A DNA stretch of 64,000 nucleotides from Candidatus Peregrinibacteria bacterium UBA1369 (GTDB lineage: Bacteria; Patescibacteriota; Gracilibacteria; UBA1369). Positions 1 through 10,312 of the stretch are shown one piece after another. The stretch is taken from assembly GCA_002305925.1 (NCBI GenBank), contig DBRL01000013.1:54540-118539 (forward strand), in the 5' to 3' direction. Positions within the stretch are counted from its first letter, which is position 1. Each line of letters begins with the position of its first letter. A model generated the notes under the pieces. The model was not told the origin of the DNA. It searched no databases and saw nothing but the letters and a program-made list of their open reading frames with translations. Position numbers and translations under genes: made by a program.

Positions 1-309
1 GGTTGCCGGGCTGCCACCCCGATCATTCTCGAACCGATCATGAAAGTGGAAGTCACCACCCCCGATGAATACTTCGGTGACGTCATGGGCAACCTATCCT
101 CACGTCGCGGCCAAATCTACGAAACTACCAACCGTGGCATGGCCAAAGTGATCATGGCCTATGTTCCACTCTCGGAAATGTTCGGCTACGCCACTGACCT
201 GCGCTCGCTCTCCCAAGGCCGCGCCGCCTACTCGATGGAGTTCAGCCGCTACGAAAGAGTCCCCAATAATGTGGCCGAAAAAATCATTTCCGAACGTGGA
301 AAAGCGTAG
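1..309 (+). CDS. fusA: Elongation factor G, C-terminal part (truncated by window start)
   Basis: Open from position 1: [15 protein letters not shown]...[24 protein letters not shown] domain V; lies before tuf. Confidence 0.97.
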   Translation, partial: GCRAATPIILEPIMKVEVTTPDEYFGDVMGNLSSRRGQIYETTNRGMAKVIMAYVPLSEMFGYATDLRSLSQGRAAYSMEFSRYERVPNNVAEKIISERGKA

Positions 310-376
310 AGAACGACGGGGAGTTTTACGCTCCAATATAAGCAAAATAGAATTAGCCGAAAAGTCAAAAAAAATA

Positions 377-405
377 TTGCAATCAAAAAACTTTTCGGTT
401 AATAT
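377..405 (+). promoter_or_regulatory. sigma70-type promoter upstream of tuf
   Basis: TTGCAA-17 nt-TAATAT in the fusA-tuf gap. Confidence 0.55.
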
Positions 406-456
406 CACGGGGCACTTGTCCCAGAGACAAATTATTTACCTAACTCTAAAAACCCT

Positions 457-1641
457 ATGACTGAAGTCTTTCAAAGAAACAAGCCTCACGTCAACGTAGG
501 TACAATCGGCCACGTCGACCACGGCAAGACTACTCTGACCGCCGCAATCACTTTTTACTGTGCTGAGAAGGGACAGGCTAAAGCCAAAAAATACGATGAT
601 ATTGACAATGCCCCCGAAGAGAAGGCCCGTGGTATCACTATCAACACTTCCCATCAGGAATACGAAACGGAAAAGAGACATTATGCTCACGTCGACTGTC
701 CCGGCCATGCCGACTACGTCAAGAACATGATTACCGGCGCCGCCCAGATGGATGGCGCAATCCTGGTTTGTTCCGCTGCCGATGGACCAATGCCCCAGAC
801 CCGCGAACACATCCTCCTGGCCAAACAGGTAAATGTTCCCTATATAGTAGTATTCCTCAACAAGATGGACATGGCTGATCCTGAGATCGCCGACCTGTCC
901 GAAATGGAAGTACGCGATATTCTTACTAAATACGGCTATGATGGTGCCAAAACCCCGGTTATCCGCGGTTCTGCGCTCAAAGCCCTGGAAAACCCCAAGG
1001 ACGCCGAGGCTAACAAATGCATTCAGGAGCTTCTGGATGCGCTGGACAGCTTCATCCCCGATCCGGTCCGCGAACTTGACAAGCCCTTCATGATGGCCGT
1101 AGAAGACGTGTTTTCCATCAAAGGTCGTGGTACGGTTGCCACCGGCAGAATCGAAACCGGCGTGATCAAAGTAAATGAAGAGGTTGAAATCGTCGGCATC
1201 CGTGAAACCAGAAAGACAGTTGTAACGGGTGTTGAAATGTTCAAGAAACTCCTTGACCAGGGGCAAGCCGGTGATAATGTCGGCCTGCTGCTCCGCGGTA
1301 TTGAAAGAGATGATATTGAGAGAGGTATGGTTCTGGCCAAACCCGGATCCATTACTCCCCACACCAAATTTGAAGCTCAGATCTATGTGCTGACCAAGGA
1401 AGAAGGCGGTCGCCACACTCCGTTCTTCAAGGGTTACAAACCACAGTTCTATATCCGCACCACCGATGTCACCGGTGCAGTTGAACTGCCGGCCGGCGTG
1501 GAAATGGTTATGCCCGGCGATGACGTCAAGATGGTTGTTACTCTGTCCGTCCCCGTGGCTATCAACGATAACCTGCGCTTTGCCATCCGCGAGGGTGGAC
1601 GCACCGTCGGTGCCGGCGTGGTCACCAAGATTATTGAATAA
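457..1641 (+). CDS. tuf: Elongation factor Tu
   Basis: [24 protein letters not shown] motifs; 394 aa. Confidence 0.99.
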   Translation: MTEVFQRNKPHVNVGTIGHVDHGKTTLTAAITFYCAEKGQAKAKKYDDIDNAPEEKARGITINTSHQEYETEKRHYAHVDCPGHADYVKNMITGAAQMDGAILVCSAADGPMPQTREHILLAKQVNVPYIVVFLNKMDMADPEIADLSEMEVRDILTKYGYDGAKTPVIRGSALKALENPKDAEANKCIQELLDALDSFIPDPVRELDKPFMMAVEDVFSIKGRGTVATGRIETGVIKVNEEVEIVGIRETRKTVVTGVEMFKKLLDQGQAGDNVGLLLRGIERDDIERGMVLAKPGSITPHTKFEAQIYVLTKEEGGRHTPFFKGYKPQFYIRTTDVTGAVELPAGVEMVMPGDDVKMVVTLSVPVAINDNLRFAIREGGRTVGAGVVTKIIE

Positions 1642-1643
1642 TA

Positions 1644-1671
1644 CGCACGAGTCGCGTCAGCGACGAGTGCG
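1644..1671 (+). promoter_or_regulatory. Hairpin with tandem GA mismatch upstream of rpsJ (candidate leader element)
   Basis: CGCAC-GA-GTCGC-GTCA-GCGAC-GA-GTGCG, no U-tract. Confidence 0.45.
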
Positions 1672-1716
1672 CTACCCCCCCCATTTACCAAGTTATAGAC
1701 AATCAATCCAGCGAGC

Positions 1717-2061
1717 ATGGCAACTACCAACACCACCAGTAAGCAGAAAATCCGCATCAAGATTCAGGCCTACGACCACAAAATCGTTGATGATTCGGCC
1801 AGGCTGATTATCGATACCGCCGAAAGAACCGGTGCCATCGTTGCCGGACCAATCCCCCTTCCCACCAGGATTGAAAAAATCACCGTCAACCGCTCGACTT
1901 TCGTTCACAAGAATTCCCGCGACCAGTATGAGATCCGTACCCACAAACGTTTAATTGACATCACCGAATGCACTCCGAAAACGGTAGACTCATTGACCAA
2001 TCTGAGTCTACCGGCCGGAGTGGACATAGAAATTAGAATGCTCCAGAAGCAGGAAGCTTAG
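1717..2061 (+). CDS. rpsJ: 30S ribosomal protein S10
   Basis: [27 protein letters not shown]. Confidence 0.98.
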   Translation: MATTNTTSKQKIRIKIQAYDHKIVDDSARLIIDTAERTGAIVAGPIPLPTRIEKITVNRSTFVHKNSRDQYEIRTHKRLIDITECTPKTVDSLTNLSLPAGVDIEIRMLQKQEA

Positions 2062-2181
2062 GCTCCTAAAATCGGGCTCCTAATTTTATGTTACCAGGGG
2101 TCGCGGGTCTTACCCGGATCTTCGCCCCAAATCTTCGCCCACCACATTTAACCAGAGCGGAGAAGTAACCTCTAAAATAAT

Positions 2182-2772
2182 ATGCAAGGAATACTAGGGA
2201 AAAAACTAGGTATGACCAGAGTAGTTAACGAAGACGGCAACTATGTTCCCGTCACCATCGTTCAATGCTCGGAAAATGTCATTCATCAGCTAAAGAACAT
2301 CGAAAAGGACGGCTATAATGCCGTTGTTTTGGGTTTTGCCCCACGCAAGCACCCCACCAAGACCAAAAAATTCTATTATGTCCGCGAAGTCAAAGTGGAA
2401 ACTCTCGACCAGCTGGAAAAAGGTGCAAAAGTAGCTGCAGATGCAGTGCTCTCAGCCGGCGACCGAGTCAGCGTGACCGGCGTAACCAAGGGCAAAGGCA
2501 CCCAGGGCGTCATGAAAAGATGGAATTTCCACGGCGGACCTGGTGGTCACGGCTCACACTTCAAGAGAGAACCAGGATCGGTCGGTGCACGCGCCAAACC
2601 TGGTAAAATTCACCGCGGCAAGAAGATGTCCGGACATATGGGTAGCGAAACCCAGACCCTCAGAACCTCCGTCGCCTACATCGACTCGGCCAAAAACCTG
2701 ATCGGCATCAAAGGCCCCGTCCCCGGCTCAATCAACTCTTACGTAACCATTAAGAAACTCGCGACAAAATAG
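2182..2772 (+). CDS. rplC: 50S ribosomal protein L3
   Basis: GKKLGMT, KGKGTQGVMKRWNF, KMSGHMG, IKGPVPG. Confidence 0.98.
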   Translation: MQGILGKKLGMTRVVNEDGNYVPVTIVQCSENVIHQLKNIEKDGYNAVVLGFAPRKHPTKTKKFYYVREVKVETLDQLEKGAKVAADAVLSAGDRVSVTGVTKGKGTQGVMKRWNFHGGPGGHGSHFKREPGSVGARAKPGKIHRGKKMSGHMGSETQTLRTSVAYIDSAKNLIGIKGPVPGSINSYVTIKKLATK

Positions 2773-2813
2773 GCCGAAAAGCCAATTGCGCAATATTTTA
2801 GAATTATCCTACC

Positions 2814-3452
2814 ATGGCAAAGATCACCATCTATAATCAGCAAGGAGAGAAACTCCGCGAAAATGAGGTTCCGGCAAACATTTTTGAGGTTCCTTTCAAC
2901 AGGGATTTGGTACAACAAGCCCTTACCCGCCAACTGGCCAACCGCCGCCTCGGCATGATCGCCCACGCCAAAACCAAGGGAGAAGTGGTCGGCGGTAAAA
3001 AGAAACCTTTTAGACAAAAGGGTACCGGCAACGCCCGCCAGGGTGCGACCAACAACCCGCATCAAATCGGCGGAGGCGTTTCTTTCGGCCCCCGCAACGT
3101 CAAAAACTACAAACAGGACATGCCCAAAAAGCAGCGCAGACTGGCACTGTTTTCCGCCCTCTCACAAAAACTGCGCCAGGATCAGATCATCGGCCTGGAC
3201 AAATATGACGGCGATGAGATCAAGACCAAAAAGTTCGCCACCGCATTGGCCACACTGCCGCTGGGTAAAGATGTCCTCATCGTACTGCCGGAAAAAAACG
3301 ACACACTGGTCAAATCCTCACGCAATCTGCCGCACGTAAAATCAATTCTGGTCAATTACCTGAACATTGCCGACCTGCAGAAGTACGAAACTGTCCTCTT
3401 CCTGGAAAACGCTCTGGAAAAAATGGAAAACATCTTCCTCTCTGCCAAATAA
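2814..3452 (+). CDS. rplD: 50S ribosomal protein L4
   Basis: KKPFRQKGTGNARQG, GGGVSFGP. Confidence 0.98.
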   Translation: MAKITIYNQQGEKLRENEVPANIFEVPFNRDLVQQALTRQLANRRLGMIAHAKTKGEVVGGKKKPFRQKGTGNARQGATNNPHQIGGGVSFGPRNVKNYKQDMPKKQRRLALFSALSQKLRQDQIIGLDKYDGDEIKTKKFATALATLPLGKDVLIVLPEKNDTLVKSSRNLPHVKSILVNYLNIADLQKYETVLFLENALEKMENIFLSAK

Positions 3453-3464
3453 CTTTCGAAAACA

Positions 3465-3851
3465 ATGAACGCACTCAACGTCATCCGCAAACCGGTAGTC
3501 ACGGAAAAATCCTCCCTCCTGGAGGAAAAAAAGGTTTACGCTTTCTGGGTCAACCCCAAATCGACCAAGATTGACATCAAAAAAGCTTTCAAATCGCTCT
3601 ACGGAGTTGATGTTGCCCAGGTAAGACTGATCACGGTCTCCCCCAAACTGCGCAAACTGCGCAAGGGCAGCTACAATAAGAGGTTGGAAACGCTAAAAGC
3701 CTACATCTCGCTCAAGGGTAAAAAACAGCTCGATCTGAATAAGTTTGAAAAGGCTGACAAAGAAAGAAAAGAACCGCTACTGGCCATTGGTAAAAAAAGT
3801 CCGGCCAAGAAAACGGCAAAACCAAAGACCACCGCCAAAAAGACTAAATAA
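3465..3851 (+). CDS. rplW: 50S ribosomal protein L23 with Lys-rich C-terminal extension
   Basis: KPVVTEKS, KIDIKKA, KAYISL; operon position. Confidence 0.95.
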   Translation: MNALNVIRKPVVTEKSSLLEEKKVYAFWVNPKSTKIDIKKAFKSLYGVDVAQVRLITVSPKLRKLRKGSYNKRLETLKAYISLKGKKQLDLNKFEKADKERKEPLLAIGKKSPAKKTAKPKTTAKKTK

Positions 3852-3878
3852 TTATAGTAGATCTTAATTCTTACGAAC

Positions 3879-4724
3879 GTGCCAGTAAAAAAGTATAAAG
3901 CCACCACTCCAGGCAGAAGGGACATGAGCGTCCTGGATTACTCTGTCATCACCCGCCGCAAGCCAGAAAAAAGCCTTGTAGTAGGGAAAAAGAGCCGGGC
4001 TGGTCGCAACAACCAGGGGAAAATTACAGTCAGACACCAAGGCGGCGGCCACAAGAAACTATTGCGCAAGGTGGATTTCCGTCAAACCGATAAGCTGGGA
4101 GTGCCCGGCAAAGTCACCAGTATCGAATATGATCCGAATCGCACGGCCCTCCTGATGCTGGTCACCTATGCCGACGGCGATAAACGCTATCATCTGGCTC
4201 CGGAAGGAATCAAAGTTGGTGACAGTGTCATGACCAAGGAAAAAGCACGCATAACGCCCGGCAACCGCGTCATGCTCAAGCACCTGCCAGTCGGACACAG
4301 CGTTTTCAACATCGAGCTGGAAAGAAACAAGGGAGGACAGGTAGTACGCTCCGCCGGCACCCGTGCCACACTGGTAGCCGTCGAAAAAGACCTGGCTCAA
4401 ATCAAACTGCCCTCTGGTGAAACCCGCACCGTTCACAAAAACTGTTATGCCACCATTGGCACCGTCAGCAATATCGATCACAGCCTAATCAAAATCGGCA
4501 AAGCCGGACGCAGTCGCTGGCTCGGCATCCGCCCATCAGTCAGAGGTAAAGCCATGAACCCCGTCGACCATCCGCATGGCGGCGGCGAAGGCAATCAGCC
4601 CTGCGGACTTCCCCACCCCAAAACCCCCTGGGGCTATGCCGCTCTTGGCGTCAAGACCCGCCGCCGCAAGAAGTTCAGCGACGCTTCGATCATTCGCCGC
4701 CGCAACGGCTCAAAATTGATCTAA
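3879..4724 (+). CDS. rplB: 50S ribosomal protein L2
   Basis: [40 protein letters not shown] start. Confidence 0.99.
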   Translation: MPVKKYKATTPGRRDMSVLDYSVITRRKPEKSLVVGKKSRAGRNNQGKITVRHQGGGHKKLLRKVDFRQTDKLGVPGKVTSIEYDPNRTALLMLVTYADGDKRYHLAPEGIKVGDSVMTKEKARITPGNRVMLKHLPVGHSVFNIELERNKGGQVVRSAGTRATLVAVEKDLAQIKLPSGETRTVHKNCYATIGTVSNIDHSLIKIGKAGRSRWLGIRPSVRGKAMNPVDHPHGGGEGNQPCGLPHPKTPWGYAALGVKTRRRKKFSDASIIRRRNGSKLI

Positions 4725-4759
4725 TCATCATTTCATCGTTCACTAACTAACCGCCAACC

Positions 4760-5062
4760 ATGTCCAGAAGTTCAAAGAAAGGACCATACGTAGACCCCAA
4801 ACTGCTCAAGAAAGTAATCACGCTGAACAACAGCGGCCAGAAAAAAGTCATCAAGACCTGGGCCCGCTCCAGCACCATCTCTCCCGAATTTGTCGGTCAT
4901 ACCCTGGCCGTACACAACGGGAAACAGCACATTCCCCTCTATATCACCGAAGAAATGGTTGGGCAGAAACTTGGTTCGTTTGTTCACACCCGCAAATTCA
5001 AGGGACACGGAGGCAAATTGGCCGCCATGACGGGAGCGGGCAGCGGATCGGTCAACAGTTAA
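4760..5062 (+). CDS. rpsS: 30S ribosomal protein S19
   Basis: [23 protein letters not shown]. Confidence 0.98.
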   Translation: MSRSSKKGPYVDPKLLKKVITLNNSGQKKVIKTWARSSTISPEFVGHTLAVHNGKQHIPLYITEEMVGQKLGSFVHTRKFKGHGGKLAAMTGAGSGSVNS

Positions 5063-5089
5063 ATTTTCATCAATAAATTTTTTTACGCA

Positions 5090-5560
5090 ATGAAAGCAAT
5101 ACTCAAGGGAGCCAGAATAACGCCAAAAAAGGCCAATCTGATCGCCGGCATGGTCCGCACCAGACCGGCCAACGAATCCCTGGAAATCCTCAAATTTACC
5201 CCCAAAAAAGCTGCGAAAATTCTGCACAAACTGCTGCTCAGTGCCGTTACCAACGCCGTCAGCAATTTCAAACAGGACGAAACCAGTCTTAGCGTCAAGG
5301 AGGTCATCGTCACCAAGGGGCCCACGCTGAAACGCGGCGTACCGGTATCCCGCGGCAGAGTTTATCCGGTGCTCAAAAGAACTTCCAACATCACTGTTAT
5401 CCTCGAGGTAAAAGAAGCCGCCCCCGCCAAGAAATCAGGGGGAAAAGCCAAAAACGAAGAAACGGCAACGCCTGCGGCCGAGACTACGACAAAAGCCTCC
5501 GCCAAACCGGCTTCAAAGAACGCAACCTCCAAGACCGTCAAAAAAGTCGCCAAATCATAA
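5090..5560 (+). CDS. rplV: 50S ribosomal protein L22 with Lys/Ala/Thr-rich tail
   Basis: RITPKKA, GPTLKR, KRTSNITV. Confidence 0.96.
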   Translation: MKAILKGARITPKKANLIAGMVRTRPANESLEILKFTPKKAAKILHKLLLSAVTNAVSNFKQDETSLSVKEVIVTKGPTLKRGVPVSRGRVYPVLKRTSNITVILEVKEAAPAKKSGGKAKNEETATPAAETTTKASAKPASKNATSKTVKKVAKS

Positions 5561-5594
5561 TCTCATTAATTCCAATAAATAATCACCAGCTCTC

Positions 5595-6254
5595 ATGGGA
5601 CAAAAAGTAAATCCAATCATCCAAAGAATCGGCATAATCAGAACCTGGGACTCCAAATGGTTCGCTCCCAAGAAAAAATTTGCCAAGTACTTGCATCAGG
5701 ATTTTGAAATTGAAAAAATCATCCGCAAAGAGCTGGCCGATTCCGGCATCGGAAAAATCGAAATTCAGCGCAGTGCAAACAAATTCAATATTATTATTCA
5801 CACCGCCAAACCTGGCACAATCATCGGCAAACAGGGCGCCAACGTCGACATCCTGCGCGACAAGTTGAAAAAGACTTTTAACGAAGATTTTCTAATCAGC
5901 ATCCGCGAAATCCGCAAACCCGCCATTAACGCCCGCCTGTTGGCCGAAAGCATCGCCGCCCAGATCGAAAAACGGGTTTCCTATCGCCGCGCCTGCAAAA
6001 TGGGCATAGAAAGAGCCTTGGAATCGGGAGCCAAGGGGGTAAAAATTTCCGTTGCCGGACGTCTCAACGGAGTGGAAATCTCCCGCAGTGAATTTTTCGC
6101 CCAGGGCAAAATTCCCCTGCACACTTTCCGCGCCAACATCGATTACGCGATGTACCACGCCAAAACGGAATACGGAACCATTGGTGTAACCGTCTGGATT
6201 TACAAGGGAGAAATATTCAAGGGAAAAGGGCAGGAACAGAGCATCGACGAGTAG
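5595..6254 (+). CDS. rpsC: 30S ribosomal protein S3
   Basis: MGQKVNP, GRLNGVEI, IPLHTFRANIDY. Confidence 0.98.
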   Translation: MGQKVNPIIQRIGIIRTWDSKWFAPKKKFAKYLHQDFEIEKIIRKELADSGIGKIEIQRSANKFNIIIHTAKPGTIIGKQGANVDILRDKLKKTFNEDFLISIREIRKPAINARLLAESIAAQIEKRVSYRRACKMGIERALESGAKGVKISVAGRLNGVEISRSEFFAQGKIPLHTFRANIDYAMYHAKTEYGTIGVTVWIYKGEIFKGKGQEQSIDE

Positions 6255-6276
6255 AATCCGTAATGGCATGTTTTTG

Positions 6277-6305
6277 TTGACCTGCAAACAAATCAATAGT
6301 AAATT
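6277..6305 (+). promoter_or_regulatory. Internal sigma70-type promoter upstream of rplP
   Basis: TTGACC-17 nt-TAAATT in the 79-nt rpsC-rplP gap. Confidence 0.5.
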
Positions 6306-6333
6306 TCACAGGCCTTAATCAAACCAGAATCAT

Positions 6334-6753
6334 ATGTTTGGACCAAAGAAAAGCAAATACAGGAAACAGCAAAGGCTGCGCGGAGGAGAACAGGGCATCG
6401 CCACCAAAGGGTTTCGCCCGGCCTTCGGCACTCACGCACTTAAATGTCTGACTGGAGCCGAAATTTCTGCAAGACAAATTGAGGCGGCCAGGCGAGCCAT
6501 GACCAGATATGTCAAAAGAGGTGGAAAGATCTGGATCCGTGTTTTCCCCCACAAGCCAATTACCCAAAAAGCTGCCGAAGTCCCCATGGGATCGGGCAAA
6601 GGCTCACTGGACTATTATGTCGCCGTAGTCAAAAAAGGCACCGTACTGTTTGAAATGGACGGAGTCGATGAAACTACCGCCAGAGAAGCGATGAGACTAG
6701 CCGGCCAGAAACTTCCCGTTAAATGTAAATATATCAACGCTAACGAAATCTAG
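6334..6753 (+). CDS. rplP: 50S ribosomal protein L16
   Basis: [24 protein letters not shown]. Confidence 0.98.
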   Translation: MFGPKKSKYRKQQRLRGGEQGIATKGFRPAFGTHALKCLTGAEISARQIEAARRAMTRYVKRGGKIWIRVFPHKPITQKAAEVPMGSGKGSLDYYVAVVKKGTVLFEMDGVDETTAREAMRLAGQKLPVKCKYINANEI

Positions 6754-6758
6754 CCATT

Positions 6759-6962
6759 ATGTTAACACTAGAAGACATCCGACAAATGGACCCTCAGAGC
6801 ATCAATGCTGAAATCGCCAAAACGCAGCATGAATTGCTGAAAATGAAGCTGCAAACGGCATCCGGCCAATCAAAAGAAACCAGCCAGATCAAAGCGCTGC
6901 GCAAAACGATTGCCCGTCTGCAAACCGTTCAAAAAGAATTTAAACTATCAGCCAATAAATAA
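6759..6962 (+). CDS. rpmC: 50S ribosomal protein L29
   Basis: IKALRKTIARLQTV; position between rplP and rpsQ. Confidence 0.93.
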   Translation: MLTLEDIRQMDPQSINAEIAKTQHELLKMKLQTASGQSKETSQIKALRKTIARLQTVQKEFKLSANK

Positions 6963-6970
6963 TTCCCACC

Positions 6971-7207
6971 ATGGCCAGAAGCAAAAAAGGTACGGTCGTC
7001 AGTGACAAGATGGACAAAACCATCGTTGTAGTCGTCCACACCTACAAAATACACCCCAAATACAAGAAGCGTTACCGCACCTCTCGTAAATTCTATGCTC
7101 ACGATCCGGACAACAGTCACAAAACCGGTGAGGAAGTGATAATTTATGAAACACGACCAACCAGCAAACTGAAAAGATGGACTGTCGTCGAACCGGTAAA
7201 AAACTAA
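6971..7207 (+). CDS. rpsQ: 30S ribosomal protein S17
   Basis: GTVVSDKMDKTIVV, HPKYKK, ETRPTSKLKRW. Confidence 0.98.
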   Translation: MARSKKGTVVSDKMDKTIVVVVHTYKIHPKYKKRYRTSRKFYAHDPDNSHKTGEEVIIYETRPTSKLKRWTVVEPVKN

Positions 7208-7233
7208 CCTCAGCAAATTAATTTTCCCCAACT

Positions 7234-7602
7234 ATGATACAGTTAAGAACAATGGTCAACGTGGCCGACAACTCCGGCGCCAAACTAGCCCAATGCGTCA
7301 AGGTATTGGGAGGCCATCACCGTAAATATGCCGGCATCGGTGACATTGTAGTGGTAGCGATCAAAAGTGCCGCCCCCAAAGGCGCCGTCAAAAAACACGC
7401 CGTAGAAAAGGGTGTGGTCATCCGCTGCCGCAAGGAAACACGCCGCAAGGACGGCAGTTATATCCGCTTTGATGAAAACGCCATCGTTATTATCAACAAG
7501 GACAAGGAACCGAAGGGAACCCGCGTTTTTGGACCGGTAGCCAGAGAACTGCGCGAAAAAGGTTTCCAGAAAATCATCAGTTTGGCTCCGGAAGTTCTTT
7601 AA
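7234..7602 (+). CDS. rplN: 50S ribosomal protein L14
   Basis: [28 protein letters not shown]. Confidence 0.99.
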   Translation: MIQLRTMVNVADNSGAKLAQCVKVLGGHHRKYAGIGDIVVVAIKSAAPKGAVKKHAVEKGVVIRCRKETRRKDGSYIRFDENAIVIINKDKEPKGTRVFGPVARELREKGFQKIISLAPEVL

Positions 7603-7638
7603 TCGCAACAATCAAGCGACACATCAATCAATCACACT

Positions 7639-7995
7639 ATGAAACTAAAGGTAAACGATCAGGTTATGGTTATCGCCGGCAAGGACAAAGGAAAAACTGG
7701 CCGCATCACCAAAATCGACCACAAGAAGAACCGCGTCACGGTTGAAAAGATCAACCTGCGCACCAAACATATCAAGAAGCGCCAGGGACAGACCGGTGAA
7801 AAAATCACCTACGAAGCTCCCCTGTCCGCCTCCAACGTCATGGCTCTCGATCCCAAAACGGGGAAACCAACCCGCATCGCCCGCAAAAAACTAGCCAGTG
7901 GTAAGAAGGAAAGGATCGCCGTCAAATCAGCGGTTTCCCTGGACAACGTCACTATCCCCGCCGCCAAGAAAGCTCCGGCCAAAAAAAGTAAATAA
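7639..7995 (+). CDS. rplX: 50S ribosomal protein L24
   Basis: VIAGKDKGKTG KOW motif, EAPLSASNV. Confidence 0.97.
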   Translation: MKLKVNDQVMVIAGKDKGKTGRITKIDHKKNRVTVEKINLRTKHIKKRQGQTGEKITYEAPLSASNVMALDPKTGKPTRIARKKLASGKKERIAVKSAVSLDNVTIPAAKKAPAKKSK

Positions 7996-8007
7996 TTTGT
8001 ACCTACA

Positions 8008-8574
8008 ATGACCAAAGCACTCAGTCTCAAAGAGAAATTCCGCCAGGAAATCACCCCGGTACTCCAGAAGGAACTCGGGATCAAAAATGTCAACGCCGTC
8101 CCCAAGATGACCAAGATCATCCTCAATGTCGGTATTGGCAAGATGCTGGCCGGCGGCAAGGATTTTACCGACATCGAGAAAAACATTATGATGATTGCCG
8201 GACAAAAACCTGTTATCGCCAAATCCAAAAAAGCCATTTCCAACTTCAAATTGCGCCAGGGCATGCCGGTGGGCATACATGTTACCATGCGCGGCGACAG
8301 AATGTATGATTTTGTTTCCAAATTCGTCAATATCGTTTTGCCCCGCACCAGAGATTTCCGCGGCATCTCACCACGCAGTTTTGACGGCAAGGGCAACTAT
8401 TCAATCGCCATCCGCGAACACACCGTTTTCCCGGAAATCAATGTTGATGACATCGTCAAACTGCACGGTATGCAAATCACCTTCGTCACCACTGCTACCG
8501 GTAACGAACAAGGACTGGCCCTGCTCAAGGCGCTGGGATTCCCCTTCCAGGAAAAAAAGGATAAAAGCAAATAA
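8008..8574 (+). CDS. rplE: 50S ribosomal protein L5
   Basis: GQKPVIAKSKKAISNFKLRQG, PRTRDFRG, FDGKGNY. Confidence 0.98.
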   Translation: MTKALSLKEKFRQEITPVLQKELGIKNVNAVPKMTKIILNVGIGKMLAGGKDFTDIEKNIMMIAGQKPVIAKSKKAISNFKLRQGMPVGIHVTMRGDRMYDFVSKFVNIVLPRTRDFRGISPRSFDGKGNYSIAIREHTVFPEINVDDIVKLHGMQITFVTTATGNEQGLALLKALGFPFQEKKDKSK

Positions 8575-8613
8575 TCTTTCCCCCAAATAACCCATCTAAT
8601 TTAAACGCTCACA

Positions 8614-8838
8614 ATGGCAAGACTCTCACTCAAAGTACGGGCACAACAACTGAAACAGCAGCTGACCAAGGCCCTCTCCGGCGGCAAAAAGGCCAAATAT
8701 CCCACCCGCGTTTACAACCGTTGCCGCATCTGCGGACGCAAGGGCGGCTATCTACGCAAGTTCGAAATGTGCAGAATCTGCTTCCGTGAAAAAGCCAGGG
8801 AAGGCAAAATCATGGGGCTCAAAAAATCATCCTGGTAA
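8614..8838 (+). CDS. rpsN: 30S ribosomal protein S14, Zn-binding (C+) type
   Basis: RCRICGR...CRICFR...KSSW. Confidence 0.97.
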   Translation: MARLSLKVRAQQLKQQLTKALSGGKKAKYPTRVYNRCRICGRKGGYLRKFEMCRICFREKAREGKIMGLKKSSW

Positions 8839-8936
8839 CATCCAAGGCGCCCAGCCTGACTGCGGTGCCTAATCACTCCCCGCCCATCTAAACTTTATTT
8901 CTTCCCCACTTCAATCACACTCTCAATCACACAATT

Positions 8937-9326
8937 ATGCTTACAGATCCCATCGCCGACCTTTTAATCCGAATCAAGAACGCCGCCCGCGCCCGCAAGG
9001 GAAATCTCACGGTCCCCTACTCAAGGGTCAAGGAACAAATCCTCGCCAATCTCAAGAAAAAGAAGTTTATCGAGGATTACAGTGTGGAGACCGGCAGCCG
9101 TGAACACTGGAAAAATCTCCAGATCACACTCAGCGAGGAGCACCGTGATATTGAAACAAAAAGGGTCAGCAAGCCCGGTCAACGCATCTACCTCAAGGCC
9201 GGCGAAATCAAAAAAGTCCACGGCGGCATGGGCCTGGCCATCATCTCCACACCCAAGGGCATCATCACTGACGAGGAAGCCCGCAAAATGAATCTGGGTG
9301 GAGAAATAATTTGTGAAATATATTAA
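8937..9326 (+). CDS. rpsH: 30S ribosomal protein S8
   Basis: TDPIADLLIRIKNA, SKPGQRIY, STPKGI, GGEII. Confidence 0.98.
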   Translation: MLTDPIADLLIRIKNAARARKGNLTVPYSRVKEQILANLKKKKFIEDYSVETGSREHWKNLQITLSEEHRDIETKRVSKPGQRIYLKAGEIKKVHGGMGLAIISTPKGIITDEEARKMNLGGEIICEIY

Positions 9327-9353
9327 TTTAGCAAGCCAAGTTAACCTACCAAC

Positions 9354-9905
9354 ATGTCAAGAATTGGAAAAAATCCGGTAAACGTCCCTTCGGGGGTCAC
9401 GGTCACCATCAACGGCAGCACCATTTCAATCAAAGGCCCCAAAGGTGAACTGACCAGAGATTTTCATCCCAATATGAAAATCGAACTGGCCGACAATCAA
9501 CTCACCGTCACACGGCCAAACGATCTTAAACTAAACCGCTCCCTACACGGTCTGACCAGAACATTGCTCAGCAACATGGTTGAGGGCGTGACCAAAGGAT
9601 ACGAAAAACAGCTGGAAATCCTAGGAGTCGGTTATCGCGCCGCCATTGCCGGCAGCAAGCTAACGCTCAGTCTGGGGTTCTCCCATCCCGTCGAGTTTGC
9701 CATCCCCAAAGGCATCACCATTGAATTGGACAAGGATAAAAAGAATATCCTCATCATCAAGGGATTCGACAAAGAACTTCTCGGGGAAACCGCCGCCAAT
9801 ATCCGGGGCTTCCGCCCACCCGAGCCATACAAAGGCAAAGGTATCCGCTATGTCGGTGAATATGTTGCCCAAAAAGCCGGTAAGGCAGCAGGCAAAGACA
9901 AATAA
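9354..9905 (+). CDS. rplF: 50S ribosomal protein L6
   Basis: MSRIGK, GVGYRA, RPPEPYKGKGIRY. Confidence 0.99.
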   Translation: MSRIGKNPVNVPSGVTVTINGSTISIKGPKGELTRDFHPNMKIELADNQLTVTRPNDLKLNRSLHGLTRTLLSNMVEGVTKGYEKQLEILGVGYRAAIAGSKLTLSLGFSHPVEFAIPKGITIELDKDKKNILIIKGFDKELLGETAANIRGFRPPEPYKGKGIRYVGEYVAQKAGKAAGKDK

Positions 9906-9942
9906 TCCCCGATCTTAAATCCGCGCAACTAAAATCACTACC

Positions 9943-10284
9943 ATGAAAAATCTCAAAGTTATTCAAAAAGAACGCCGCAAAGCCAGAGTCAAAGGACAGC
10001 TGAAACCAAACGGCAAACTGCGCCTGGTTGCCTTCAAGAGTCTCAACTTCAATTATCTTCAACTGGTCGACGACGAAAAGGGCGCCACTCTGGCCGCCAG
10101 CTCCGACCTCAAATCAAAGAAGGGAAACAAACTGGAAAGCGCCAAGGCAGTTGGACTCGAACTGGCCAAAAAAGCCAAAGAATTAAAAATCGAAGAAGTT
10201 GTCTTTGACCGCAACGGCTACAAATACCACGGAAGAATCAAGGCTATGGCCGAAGGCGCTCGCGAGGGCGGTCTGAAGTTTTAA
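9943..10284 (+). CDS. rplR: 50S ribosomal protein L18
   Basis: VVFDRNGYKYHGRIKAMAEGAREGGLKF. Confidence 0.98.
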   Translation: MKNLKVIQKERRKARVKGQLKPNGKLRLVAFKSLNFNYLQLVDDEKGATLAASSDLKSKKGNKLESAKAVGLELAKKAKELKIEEVVFDRNGYKYHGRIKAMAEGAREGGLKF

Positions 10285-10312
10285 TTAATCAACAATTAAT
10301 CTTTTAACAGTA

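Noticed and set aside
436..1416. 326-aa antisense ORF over tuf
   Set aside because: Shadow of a highly conserved gene with biased codons; no independent motifs.
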